From positions 125,178,001 through 125,242,000 of the forward strand of contig OX597816.1 in NCBI GenBank assembly GCA_951406725.2: DNA of 64,000 bases, written 5' to 3'. Position 1 is the stretch's first letter, and each line of letters opens with the position of its first letter. This stretch comes from Octopus vulgaris (lineage: Eukaryota). The position numbers and the translations under genes are program-made. The notes beneath the pieces were generated by a model. That model saw nothing but the letters and a program-made list of their open reading frames with translations, was not told the DNA's origin and made no database searches. Shown one piece after another: positions 40,885-53,269 of this stretch.

Positions 40885-41925
40885 AAACTATGATACAAAG
40901 AAATTAAGAACTTGAGACTGATTTTTAAGTCGAATTTAAATGGACGGAATAAGATGGAAGCTATCAACACTTGGGCGGTGTCACTCCTTAGATATGGAGC
41001 AGGGGTAATCGCATCGACAGTAGACGAACTAAACAGATTAGACAGAAAAACGAAGAAGTTGCTAACTAGATATGGGTCACTCCACCCAAAACGTGACACA
41101 AACAGACTGTATGTAGCACGAAAAAGAGAGGGAAGAGGACTTATTGGATGCGAACACAGCATTAGAGCAGAAGAAAACAACATAGCATGGTATGTAAAAA
41201 TGCCACATAACCGCTATTATTAGAAGTAGGAAGGTCAGACTTGTATAGGATGAAAGATTGCAAAGATAAAGCACTATAGAAGAAATTGAAAACGAATAAA
41301 AAAGAAAATAGGTGGGTAAAGGAAAGGAGGTATGGTCAATTTCATAGGGATGTTGAAAATAAGACAGACACAGAAAAAAGATGGGTGTGGATGACTAAAA
41401 GTGATTTAAAACAGGAAACGGAGGTTCTAATATGTGCTACCCAAGAGCAACCATTAAGAACAATCTATATAAAATACAAAAAATAGAATAAACAACACAG
41501 CAGAAAGTGATAAGTGCAGAGTCTGTACACAAAACTGAGAAACCGTATGGCATATTAGCAGCCAATGTACGCCACTCGCTCAGAAGGAATATAAGAGACG
41601 CCACGACAATATAGCCATTGGAGTAAAAATTTGGTACGACCACAAACCTGAAGGCATCGTCGAAAATTGAAATGCAAAGATCCTTTGGGATTTTATGATT
41701 CAGTGCAACCATGAGACAGAGAATAGGAAGCCAGACATAGTCTTAATTGAGATAGAAAACAAACTATGCTGGATCATAGATATAGCTTGTCCAGCTGACA
41801 ACAAGGTATGTGATAAGGAAGAAAGAATTGTTGGGAGAGATATGACAGGTTAGCTTGGGAATTTAAGCAGTTGTGGTCGATGAAAAATGTAGCAGTAGTA
41901 CCAATAATTGTCGGAACCCTGGAGA
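40885..41925 (+). pseudogene. R4/Dong-like RLE retrotransposon, 3' half
   Basis: LNGRNKMEAINTWAV..RYGAG; LDRKTKKLL..LHPKRDTNRLYVARKREGRGL; LKQETEVLICATQEQ; KCRVC..ETVWHI; RRHD; ILWDF; RKPDIV; IIDIACP; VVPIIVGTL. Confidence 0.9.
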
Positions 41926-42288
41926 CAGGGCAGCTACTAGGTTTTCGGAGGTTACAGGTTAGGATCGGGAGGCGTGCAGGTGCATATCTACATCTGTTGT
42001 AACGTGCAATATTAGAAGCAATGTTTCCGTTATCTAAGCAAGAGTAGCTCACCATGACGTTATGTAGATTAAAGAGCTTTTAATACTTTTGTGTCAAAGA
42101 GCTTTAGAGCTTGGATATCTGTTTTTGATTTTAAAATGTTTCCCTCCGAAAATGGTTCTTAATAAACAAAAAGCTCTTAGTTAAGTTGGTGGAAACTTTT
42201 AGGTTGAATTGAGAATTTAACCAAAATACGTTTTTCTTTCCGGTCCTTTTTGTGTACGAAATGGGAGTTGAAGTTCCTCCATATAAGT
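41925..42288 (-). pseudogene. PLE (Nematis-like) RT-EN linker fragment
   Basis: KNVFWLNSQFNLKVSTNLTKSFL..NHF; KLFNLHNVMVSYSCLDN; TCNLRKPSSCP. Confidence 0.75.
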
Positions 42289-42289
42289 T

Positions 42290-42790
42290 CACGTCACGGT
42301 GAACAAACACCTATCCAAAGCATCATTGCAAAATAGAAGCACTCCACACAAATCTCTCCCTATCGGCTCTTGGCCGTAATCCCACTAGCTGCTATCTAGG
42401 AGGATCCTGCCTCTCAAGGGCTCTAGTCTACTGTGCGACTCTCACGCCATCCGATGTCATGACAAGGAACTATATGGGAATTATAGCCAACGACTTCAAG
42501 GGAAAATACACACATCACATGAACTCGCTCAGATGCAGGGATAGGGAGAATTCCACATCTTTGTCTAGCTTTCTCTGGATGCTCAGTGATCTTCGGAATG
42601 AAAGATAAAGCATCGAAATATCTATCGTCATGAGGGCGCTACCTTATTCACCCGGTACCTGCAATTGACAGCTCTGCCGCCGTGAAAGAGTGCATATCGA
42701 CCGTCAACCCGCAGTACCTGTCAACCTGAAATATGAACTATCCCATTGCTGCCACCTGAGATGTATCCTCCTGGTTAGATGCAAATTACT
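42290..42790 (+). pseudogene. PLE GIY-YIG endonuclease remnant (Nematis-like)
   Basis: RNPTSCYLGGSCLSRALVYCATL..NYMGIIANDFKGKYTHHMNSLR..STSLSSFLWML..RALPYSP..*QLCRRE. Confidence 0.85.
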
Positions 42791-44756
42791 GGCTGCCGAC
42801 TATCCGGATATACTAGCTTAACATTAGTTGATTCCCCTGCACTAGCTGCTCCCCAGGAAAAGGTTACCAGCCACCGACAACTAGTACCTGAGCCGACTGA
42901 CACACGCACGCTTATGCAACCCCTGCAAACTTCTAATTTCGTTTCCATATATTGGGCGTGTGCATGTGAATTAACACATAAACGCACACACGCGCGTACA
43001 TACACAAACGCACACTTATTCACACACACACACTGGCACTCGCATATACCCTCCTATGCGTACATACACACATGTATGTACACACAAACACTCCTACACA
43101 CATATCCACACACCTATACGTATAGGTACATGCATCTACACCAGCATACATCACGCCTGCACCCATAAATACAACAATGCCACACACACATAAATCACAA
43201 GATATAACACACACATACACATACACACGCACACACTCACAGAGGTATACACATGCACACGCACACCCATACAACCAATAACATACCTACATTCATACAT
43301 ATATATATTTATGTGTGTGTATGTATGGGCACCACACATACACACACACACAAATTCACACGTTCACCACCAGTCTTACTTCTACCAAATGCAGGCACCT
43401 AGGCGCCTCCATCTTCTTGTCCAGCCACGCGGTCAAAGAAATTCACTTTTGTAATGGAACTGCTGTCGCTGAGCAACTGATTTTCTTTGATAATATTCTT
43501 TCATAACACATGTGATCTGCCTTGACCAAAAGCAGCCTGTCTTCCGGTAGCCATCTTGGACTTCTTGTATCTGTGCATACAACAACCTGAAAACTGAAAG
43601 AGAAGGGCTCCTCTTAGGGGCCTGCGAAGCTTTAAGACGCACAGAACCGAATCAGACTGTTTTAAATTATACGTCTAACGCCTATTAATTGTGTTGAGTG
43701 ATCTTTTCTTTCGTTCGTTCACTCACTCATATGTATGTGTGTGTGTGTTGTGTGTGTATGTGTGTGTGTATATTTTCACTCATACATATGTATATATGTG
43801 TGTGTATGTATGAATATACATGTATATGTGTTTATGTGTGTATTTATATTACAAACACGCGCACGCACGCACGTACGGACACGTGTATGTATATATATTT
43901 CTGTTGATGCTTTTTAAAAGCCTTTAAACAGAGTAACCAGTTCAATCTTTCTAAAAATTAACATAGATCTGTCCGTGCAGCAGATTCGTTCTCTATTCTA
44001 TCTGTTGTTGACTTTATAGTACTATTCATTAACTAACGACGTATTATATTTAATATTGTATGTCTTTATTGGTGAGAGGGAGAGGAAGCGACATAATGTT
44101 AAAAGTTTGAGAATAAAAGAAAAGAGTGGCGTGCTGCATGCAGAGATGTATGTGTGTTGCTTGTGTTTGTGTGTGTTTCTTAAGATAATCCTGTTCTCTG
44201 ATGTCTGATGCATTCGTATTTATGAATGATTTAGCTTTCTTTGTTTTAGGTTCTTCCAGTTTTCTGTAGGCATGCTAGTTTTCTTACAAATATTGATTTT
44301 GCTTCTGATTATACAGAACGAAGCTTTAAAATATTATTGACTTCTAGTACTATTTTTAATAGTGTCTTTCTTGACTTTAAATTTGAATTCAATAGTTTGA
44401 TTGTAAATATTCAGACGAATTTTCAAGCAGCTGTGTTGTAGACTTTTAGGTTATCACAAATTATATCTGTTTAGTCATCAGTCTTCAATATTTTGACCAA
44501 TTCTTTCAGTAAGACAGTTTAAAGTAGAGTCAAAATCAGTTGGTACACACAACTAAAATCAACTCGTTACGCTTATATTATATTTGTATGTATCTGAAAC
44601 CGGCGAGATGTCAGAATCGTTAACGTGGTGGGAGTTTAACGGCATTTCTCCCGGTTTTACATTGTGAATTCAAATGTCACTGAGGTTGATAATGTCTCTC
44701 GTCCCTTCATGATCGATTAAACAAGAACTAGCTAGGTACTTCTTCAATACCCAAAA

Positions 44757-44930
44757 CATAAAATATTTGCAATGCATTTCTTAATAAAATACAAATTTTA
44801 AAAAAGAATTTGATTGAAGATGCTTTTATTGAGGAGCTCTGTGTTGCGTTATATGTGATTTTTAATGAATATACACATACTCTTTTTTTAATTTGTATTT
44901 TGTTAAGAAATGCATTGCAAATATTTTATG
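44757..44930. repeat. ~50-bp inverted repeat pair (MITE-like)
   Basis: 44757-44807 and 44881-44930 are near-perfect reverse complements. Confidence 0.8.
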
Positions 44931-46850
44931 CCTTAGATAATGAAGTTTTCGGATCTAGGTAAAAATTCAGACCCGAAATCTAGGCTCAAAATCAACAATC
45001 TAACCCTAAAGCCAAGCCCGTAAATCTAACTGAACACAGAAACCCATCTTTAACTAATTGTACACCCCAATCTTATGACTCCAAACTAAACATTTATTTT
45101 ATTTTACAGGATTGTAGCCTCCTAGGTCTATTACATCTAATGCAGAAAAAATATGTTGAAAATAGAAAACTTACATCTAATTGTGTATTCTGTGAAAAGC
45201 TGACAAAAATTACATTTATATAAAATAAAAGCTTGAAACTTTTTTCACAATCATATAAGCATTTTAGCGTTTAAGATCAGTGCAGACATTATGGAGTGTT
45301 GAAGACTTCGCTTCACAAGCTTTTGGTTCCTCAATATAAAAGAAGTCAAAAACACTTCTTAAATACACTACACTAGCAATATTGAAATTAAGACATTTCT
45401 GCACTTATTTTCAAGGTTTATGAATGTGAAGGTATTTGAATTGTCAGAAGCAAATGGTTTTCACACCAGTTTGTGTGTGCTTTCACCCAAGATGAAACTA
45501 TTAGTAAAGGGAAATAAAATTATATTAAGTAGACTGCCGGCTAGATACTATCGCGTGCTATGTTGCCATTATTGTATTTGGATCTATCAAACACTTTAAT
45601 TAGATTCCTAATTAACGCAAGTCAACAAGAGACTTGGAACAATTAACAACAAATATACGTGATATGATACTTTCCTGCATGGATATTAAAGCTTACTTCG
45701 TGGCATCTGAGTATTTCTGCATTTGTTAATAAAGTAAAGCTTAGGGAAGACTCCTATCGTACAGGTATGCCTACGTAGCCGTATCAAGAACGTTTATCAC
45801 TCGCAATGATCATTGTGAACGGAAGTCTCCAAGAAAAACAATCTCTTAATCATGTCATGAAGCTCCTGTATTATCAAGTGTCCTACTCAGCGGATATTAA
45901 AATAATAGCTCATAAGAACAATTTCTCTTCACATCAAAGCGGATTTCACCGCATCGGTACAGACTAAACACTTTCACTTTTGAGAAAATATCTACTTCTG
46001 CGAAGATACATATTTTTATTGATGGAGTGGAAACGAAGAAGTCCCGTCATTTCCTAATGTAAGAAAAAAATGTGTTACAATGAAGTGGAAAATGTATATT
46101 TATCAATTTCAAAGTTTCCTGAAGAGAAAAAAATAGGTAAAAAAATAACTTTTCTATGATTTTGTATCATTTAGTTTCTATCTCTATCACTATTTCTTTA
46201 CATATACATATATGTGTCTATGTATATTCGTATATATATGAGTGTGCGTGCGTGTGCGTGCGTGTGCGTGTGCGTGCGTGTGCGTGTGCGTGCGTGTGCG
46301 TGCGTGCATGAGTGCGTATGCATGTGTGCGTGCGTATGTGTGGGGGTGGTGTACGATATGTCTTGAAGACGGAACTTAAATTAAAATCACCAGTGTTTTT
46401 ACTTTCTGCTGCAATGTATAAATGTCCGTGTTTGTGAGCACGTGCGTGTTAATTTTGATGTCATGAAATATTTCCATTTCATGAATGGAAGAAAATTACT
46501 TTGCTGTACCGACAGTATAATCAAGAAAAAATTCAGGTTTCGTGGTACAAGTTTTAGAAATCTTCTATAATTTTATTTTAGGCTTAAGTCTATGTTTAAG
46601 AGGAAATTAAGCAAAATATTTTAGTACCTCACTGTACTGTTTTCGCTAAGTCATAGAACACAAGAAGAGGAAAACAAACCTTGACTTGAAGTAGTATAAA
46701 TACGTTTTAGAGGTTGTTTAGCATTATTTAATTTCGGCAAGTTTAGCTTTCGTGCTTTCAGGTTCGATAATATTACATACCAGCCACTTGCTCTCCTCCT
46801 AACACTTCTGGACTTAGTGCCAAACTTGAAGCCATTATTATTATCATTAT

Positions 46851-47075
46851 GGTGACGAGTTGACACAATCGTTAACGCACTGAACGAAATGCTTAGCGGT
46901 ATTTTGCCTGTTGCTACGTTCTATCTTGAAATTCCGCCGAGGTTGACTTTGCCTTTCATCCTTTCGAAGTCGATAAAATAAGTACCAGTGAAGCATAGCG
47001 ATCATTGTAATTGATTTACACCTTCCCACGAAAATGCTGGCCTTGTACCAAAGTTTGAAACTATTATTATTATTA
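46851..47075 (+). mobile_element. SINE family A
   Basis: GAAATGCTTAGCGGTATTT...GACTTTGCCTTTCATCCTTTCGAAGTCGATAAAATAAGTACCAG; (TTA)n tail. Confidence 0.85.
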
Positions 47076-47480
47076 CTACTAACATTTTGTCCTTTCAAGA
47101 ATTTTGTTCCACCATTCTCCTTTTCTTTAAATTATTATTTGACTTTTCCAATTTAATTCTGTTTTGCATTTTTTTTCTCTTAAATATTAATGTTTCTTCT
47201 GTTGATTGTATCTTATTCCAATGTTCTGATTCTGTAAGATAATTCAAGAGAATTGTTTCATTTCTTTCAACTATTGGTCATTGATTTGTACGTTTTGTAC
47301 TCTATCACTTCTATCTCCCGTCTATTTGTGAATTTCTCTTTATCGACTCAAATATTTCGTCAATGTCACATATCTTTATATTGAATTGTTTTTAGCTTCA
47401 GCATCATCAACAATTTCATGACCATCAAACACTATTATCATCGACATATCATTATAATCTTATTATTTATTCTAACCTAT

Positions 47481-47870
47481 AGACACAGACGTATTTGTGT
47501 GGTAAGAAGATCGCTTCCCAGCCACACGATTCCGGACTCAGTCCCACTGCGTGACACCTTGAGTATAATGTGTTCTAGTATAGCCTCAGGTCGACTAAAG
47601 ACTTGTAAGTGGATTTCGTAGACGGAAATTGAAAGAAGCCCGTCGTATTTGTGCGTGTGTGTATGTGCACGCGCACCCTTGTCTTTGTTTGGCTCCACCA
47701 CTGTTTGATAACCGGTACTGGTATGCTTACGTCCGCGTAACTTAGCGGGTCGGCAAAAGAAAACGATAAAATAATTACCAGGCTTACTGAGGTAGATTAA
47801 TCTGACTAAAATTTCAAAGCCGTGCCCCAACAAGGCCGCAGTCTAATGACTAAAACTGATGAAACATACA
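47481..47870 (+). mobile_element. tRNA-derived SINE, family B, with CR1-group LINE-like tail
   Basis: TGTGTGGTAAG..GGACTCAGTCCC head; tail GTGCCCCAACAAGGCCGCAGTCTAATGACTAAAACTG resembles the LINE tail at 22540-22578. Confidence 0.8.
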
Positions 47871-49180
47871 AGATATTACTGTTAAGTGTAAAATGTTTAT
47901 TATTGTCGTTGTTTAAGGCATTACGGACAATGTACTGTGATATCAAATCTGTTTTGTAGTGTCATGCAAACCAGAAACGTGATTTTTATTAGTAAGTATA
48001 AGATAAGAATCTTGCATGAAATTCCTTGCCTTTCATTACAGAATGGTAGAATTGTTGTAACTGCAGAAAGAGGTTGTGAGTGACGAAAGTATTCTAGGAA
48101 ACTTCAGCTCTGGAAAATATGTTCATGCAAATATTTGTGTGTTAATATAGACGCTGTAGACAACAAGGATGAGAAGAGAACAAGAAATATGTGTTTGATT
48201 GTATTAGAGGGATGCACAGAAGGCTAGAACCATTGTCTTACAGAATCTTGACATACAACGGCCAAGCAGTTATGCAAACCAATCATTATATCGTTGAGTT
48301 AAGACTTATCAACCGACCAAATGATCTTCTCTTTATGCATCCTAAAATATTCGATAGAAAATATGCCATACCATCCCGTATATTTGACAGCGGTACTTAC
48401 ATATGTTTTGCACTAACGATATACTTAGGTTTTGAATATAGCTGCCAATGTCATATGTTAGAGCAGAAGAATAGATTGTCGACGTTGGTGAGTCGTTCCA
48501 TCAGTTGATAATTTTCTGGCTTCACTTTGTAGGGTAAGACTATTTCCTTTGAAATAATAGCTATTCTGCTGCAGGAGAATATGTTGCATAAACTGTCTGA
48601 AGTATATTCTTAAGGCTTTTCTTTATGGAACATTGAAATTGCGATGAGAAAAATCGAAATTACGAACGGATAAATACAGCGTGTCTGCTAAATATAGAGT
48701 GACAGAGATAAATGGGAATAGATATTGATAGAAAGCATAAAAACAACACAGGGTCAAAGTGATAAAGGTGGCGGTTCTTTATTCTTAAATCCATTCATTT
48801 TCTGCTGTTGGAAATACAACAGACTAGTAAGTAGTCGCCAAATTCTATTGCGGCTGTTTTCATGGAAATGGCGTGTAATCTTGTGATCTTATGGAGTAAA
48901 TAGATCCTTACAGAGAACGACAGGTTGACGTATTTGGCAACAACAAAAGATAACTCTAGACTTCAGTGTTTATGAAAACTATAAAAGATATTACAGGACA
49001 AAATAACTTAGCTGAACCGAAAGAATATAAAAAGTCATCGAAATTGACATATGTATGCACATTGTGGCGAGAATAGCTTCGCAAATGTTTTTTGCGGAGT
49101 TGATTTGGAAGTAAGTAACAAATTTAATGGTTAAACTAGTCCAAGGGGTTTTACAGAACATCTTGATAAGGGAATAGTTG

Positions 49181-49470
49181 TTGTTGTTGTTATTTGTTCC
49201 TTCTCGAGCCATGCCTGGCTCATAAGGGCCGGTTTCCCGGTTTCTTGACGTATAGGTTCCCCACCTGGACGGGACGCCGGTCCATCGCAGGTGAGCTGCA
49301 AGATGCAGGAGGAAAGAGTGAGAGAAAGTTGTGGCATTACTTTCTGCCGGAGCCGCGTGGAGCTTAGGTGTTTCGCTCATAAACACACACATCGTCCTGT
49401 CTGAGATTCGAACCCGCGATCCCTCGACCGTGAGTCCGCTGTTCTAACCATTAGGCCATGTGCCTCCACC
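49181..49470 (-). mobile_element. full-length tRNA-derived SINE, family C, with 15-bp TSD
   Basis: A-box TGGCCTAATGG; B-box GGTTCGAATC; (AAC)n tail; TSD ATAAGGGAATAGTTG at 49166-49180 and 49471-49485. Confidence 0.92.
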
Positions 49471-50171
49471 ATAAGGGAATAGTTGATAGAATTAGTTTAC
49501 AAAATTAGTGGAAACTAGCTCTCTTTTTAACGGTACAATCATTTCTGTTACATCAATACATTTTCTAGCGTCTAGATTATTAACCTGCAGTCATTGACAT
49601 AGCGAGTTAATAATCTGTTGATAATAATACGGTTAAATTCTTCAAAGTAGTTTATCCTGTATTCTTGTTTACTTTATACGTTACAAACTAAAAGTTATAG
49701 TCAAGTATTTAGTGTTGTGCTCTTTCGTTGTTTGAAGAATCTTCAAAATTTTGATCAGGTAGCTGACTTGAGGTATCAAAAATTCACTTCAGATGTATTG
49801 AGCTCAGAAATATGTGACAGCTATCTCTGCGATTAGGTAGTTAGGAGACGATCGAGCTGGTGCAGAGATACATATCTGGATTAATACTAACATTTTAGAA
49901 GTAAAAGCATTCAAATGAGTACAAAGTATCGGCGAAATCAGCAAGGTACGTGGCATTCAGATTTTGTAATAAGAGACGTGATATTTTTAACAATTGAGAA
50001 GAGCATTTCGTCTTCGCTATTACGGTAGGAAAGCTATGCCGTTATAATCATTGAAGATACAGAGGAATCTGACATTGGTGGAAAGTATATTGAGATCGGT
50101 CCTTTCAATACAAGGTGACAGGTTATAGAATAACGCCTAGCTGTTTGCAGATGTTGCTGAGAGAGGAACTA

Positions 50172-50727
50172 CGAGGGTGAGTCAAAAGGTAATGCCATTT
50201 TGTTTAGGTCAGGTATAATTACCAATACAGGAACATGTATCATACATTAAAATGAAACTGGTCCCCTGTGAATCGCATCCCTACTTCTCAAAATAGTCAC
50301 CGTTTCTCTCAGTAACAATGTTCCACCTTCGAATGAGAGCATGTATCCCTGCTCCGTAAAATTATATTGACTGTTCTTTGAGCCACTTCTACACTACCTC
50401 CACACTCACCAGATTTAGCACCTTCAAATTATCATCTCTTCGGCGACACGAAAGAGGGTTTGAGAGGCAAACGTTATTCCAGTGACAAGGAAGTGAAAAC
50501 TGTAGTGAAGAACTGGCTCAAAGAACAGTCAACATAATTTTACTGGGCGGGGATACATGCTCTCCTTCGAAGGTGGAACATTGCTATTGAGAGAAACGGT
50601 GACTCTTTTGAGAAGTAGGGATGCGATACACGGGGAACGAGCTTCATTTTGATGTATGATACATGTTCATGTGTTAGTAATTATATCTGTCCTAAACAAA
50701 GTGGCATTACTTTTTGATTCATCCTCG
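50172..50727. mobile_element. fold-back mariner derivative with two inverted 3' ends
   Basis: TA on both flanks; CGAGGG/CCTCG termini; ~219-bp arms at 50172-50390 and 50509-50727; PPHSPDLAPSNYHLF..RWNIAIERNGDSFEK*. Confidence 0.92.
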
Positions 50728-51139
50728 TATATTTAGGGAAAATAAAAGATGACTTTACTATAAGTTTATATAGAGCTAAACATTTCATTTGGTTGTTTTG
50801 CACTACAAGTCAAATAATGGTGCTTATTTACTAAACAAGTTATTGTTTTACTTGCTTACTTACTTAACATGTTATTTGTTTCGAAAGGGCAAATGTAGGT
50901 TCCACTGCATATCACGTGATAAAAGAGCTCATGGAATATTTGTAACGGAAAGCAGACTCAAGAAACAACAGTGACTTATATTTCATCAATATGAGTGTCT
51001 TTCACCGAAATACGTCGGTGAAAGATACACTGACAAACACACACATATACAAGGACATACACACAAAACATGCACAGGCACACGTGTACGGGCGCTAGAC
51101 AAATTATCCCACTAATATTATAATATAATATACAGGAAA

Positions 51140-51352
51140 AAGGCGGCGTACTGGCAGAATCCTTAGCATGCCGAGTAAAACGCTTACCGGTTTTTCGTCT
51201 ATCTTTGCGTTCTGAGTTCAAATACTGCTGGGATCAACATTGCATTTCATCCTCTCGAGTCGATGCAATAGATACCGGTTTAACACTGAGGTTGATATAA
51301 TCGGCTTAGCTCCTCCCTGAAATTGCTGGCCTAATGCCATAATTAGAAACAA
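51140..51352 (+). mobile_element. SINE family A
   Basis: AAGGCGGCGTACTGGCAGAATCCTTAGCATG...GAGTTCAAAT. Confidence 0.85.
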
Positions 51353-52029
51353 ATATAATATATAAAACAGGAAATAGCGATGCGTCTCATGAATGCATAA
51401 CCGTTAAGAGAGCCTTAGTGTAGAGTAAGGATTTTGAATATTATGATGATATTCAATCACAAATTTCTGATTAGCAAGTGTAACCATTACATACTTATAC
51501 GTATTTCAATAATGAAAATGACTTTTATGCAAATATTACTTCACAGTCAGATAACAGACGAAATTACCTTAGGCCACTTAACGACAAATTAACATATACA
51601 CTTATCTAGTAAAATAGATCAAAGTATATATTTAAATATTCTGGCAGCAAGTGGAGGGCTTTCATACTATTAAAGAGATAGGAAGTCCATTTTGTTGCTA
51701 TTCAGTCCTTGGTGTGGGATTGAGAAATACACATGTTAGACGTCAGAGCTAATTCTGATTAATTTCATATTTTAATTTAACTACAAGTATGCAATTACAC
51801 ATTCTTGTCCACGCATGATTTTATGCATATAGTTCGACATGAAGATTACTATGAATCTGTTTAGCAATATACAGACAGACATTCATAGACATAGGTCTAT
51901 TGGCACATGCATGCATATACTCAAACATATATACATATACATGCATTTATATGCGGATACATATGTACATAAATACACACACATGCATATATGTATATGT
52001 ATGCATACATATGTATACATATATATACA

Positions 52030-52082
<53 letters not shown>

Positions 52083-52269
52083 TACATATATGCATTTATA
52101 TACACACAATACACACACATACATATATATACATATATGCATACAAAAGATCATCTACATAAATACTAATGCAATAACACACGTTCGTACATATATGTTT
52201 GTAAACACATATATATGATATGCATGGATACATGTGTGTATATATGAATATGTGTGTGTGTGTATGTGC

Positions 52270-52705
52270 ATAGAACTGGTGGTGGTTCGTTCAACCAACA
52301 GCTCTTCAAAGAAAAAACTAAGATTGATTTTGGAGCAAACAGTTCAAGATCTGCTCTTTGCAGACGGTTGTGTACTTGAAACACACTCTTGAGGACATGC
52401 AATGGAATCTAAACAATTTTTTGCGTTCATCAAAGGCTTTTGGTCTGACCATCAGCTTCAAGAAAACTTGCCTTGTCCATCAGCCCATTTGGGACCATCT
52501 TCTCGCTGTTGCCCATACTGTATATGCTGATGGAAAAGCATTAAAATCTGTTTCTTCCTTCGCTCATCGTAGTTCCAATGTGTCCAATGATGCAAAGATG
52601 CATATAGAAATCGTGTCCAGAATCGGGAAGGCTAGTTCCGCTTTCGGTAAGCTTCATGGCACCCTTGAAACAGCCACGACATAATATTGAAGGTGGAAGT
52701 TAATC
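52270..52705 (+). pseudogene. RTE (BovB-like) RT fragment
   Basis: VQDLLFADGC; FGLTISFKKT..VHQP; EIVSRIGKASSAFGKL. Confidence 0.85.
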
Positions 52706-53269
52706 TTCTGGTGACAGAAAATCTCGGTCAGTGTTGCAAGAATTTAAGATTTATAAGGGAGCATTATTTTTGACCAGCAAACAGCTATTAACTGCCACTC
52801 CTACAGAGTTAATGGCAGGATAAAGAATATTAAGAGATCAAAGGAAAGAATTAAAAGGGTCAAAGGCTATCAATAGAGGAAGATACAGTAAGAAATTTAA
52901 GGGCAACACTAGAACAGAAGGTTATTTATTTATTTATTATTGTTTCTATTTTTACTAATGTTTATATATTGTAAGACAGAATTTAGGTCAATACTTAGAG
53001 GTCAGATAATTTCTATAGTAAATGGTGTGAGAGTTTTGCTTATTCAAAATATAGTGAAAATTCCTTATATTATTATTAAGGGAGTAGTATTACTTATTAA
53101 ATTTAGAATAGAATTAGGAAGTATTAGCAATTTATTTGATTTAAGTTAGGTTAATTAAATTGACTATATAGTCAATTAAAACTTGGCATCGTACAAATAC
53201 TATTTGTTTTTTTGTGTTTTAAACAGGTAGTGTTAGAAAGAAAGAATACCAGTGGAAGGGCACACAGAT

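Noticed and set aside
40611-41183. 190-aa minus-strand ORF
   Set aside because: Antisense shadow of the R4/Dong-like coding strand
42660-42680. TGA at the conserved Cys of the CxLC motif, suggesting selenocysteine as reported for some Naiad PLEs
   Set aside because: The same frame also has a TAA and other damage, and I see no SECIS; simple TGY-to-TGA decay is sufficient
48042-48075. Possible host micro-exon (tttcattacag|AATGG...GGTT|gtgagt)
   Set aside because: Only splice-like motifs; no partner exon or recognisable peptide, so it needs RNA-seq evidence
49398-49470. tRNA gene on the minus strand
   Set aside because: It is the head of a SINE bounded by a 15-bp TSD
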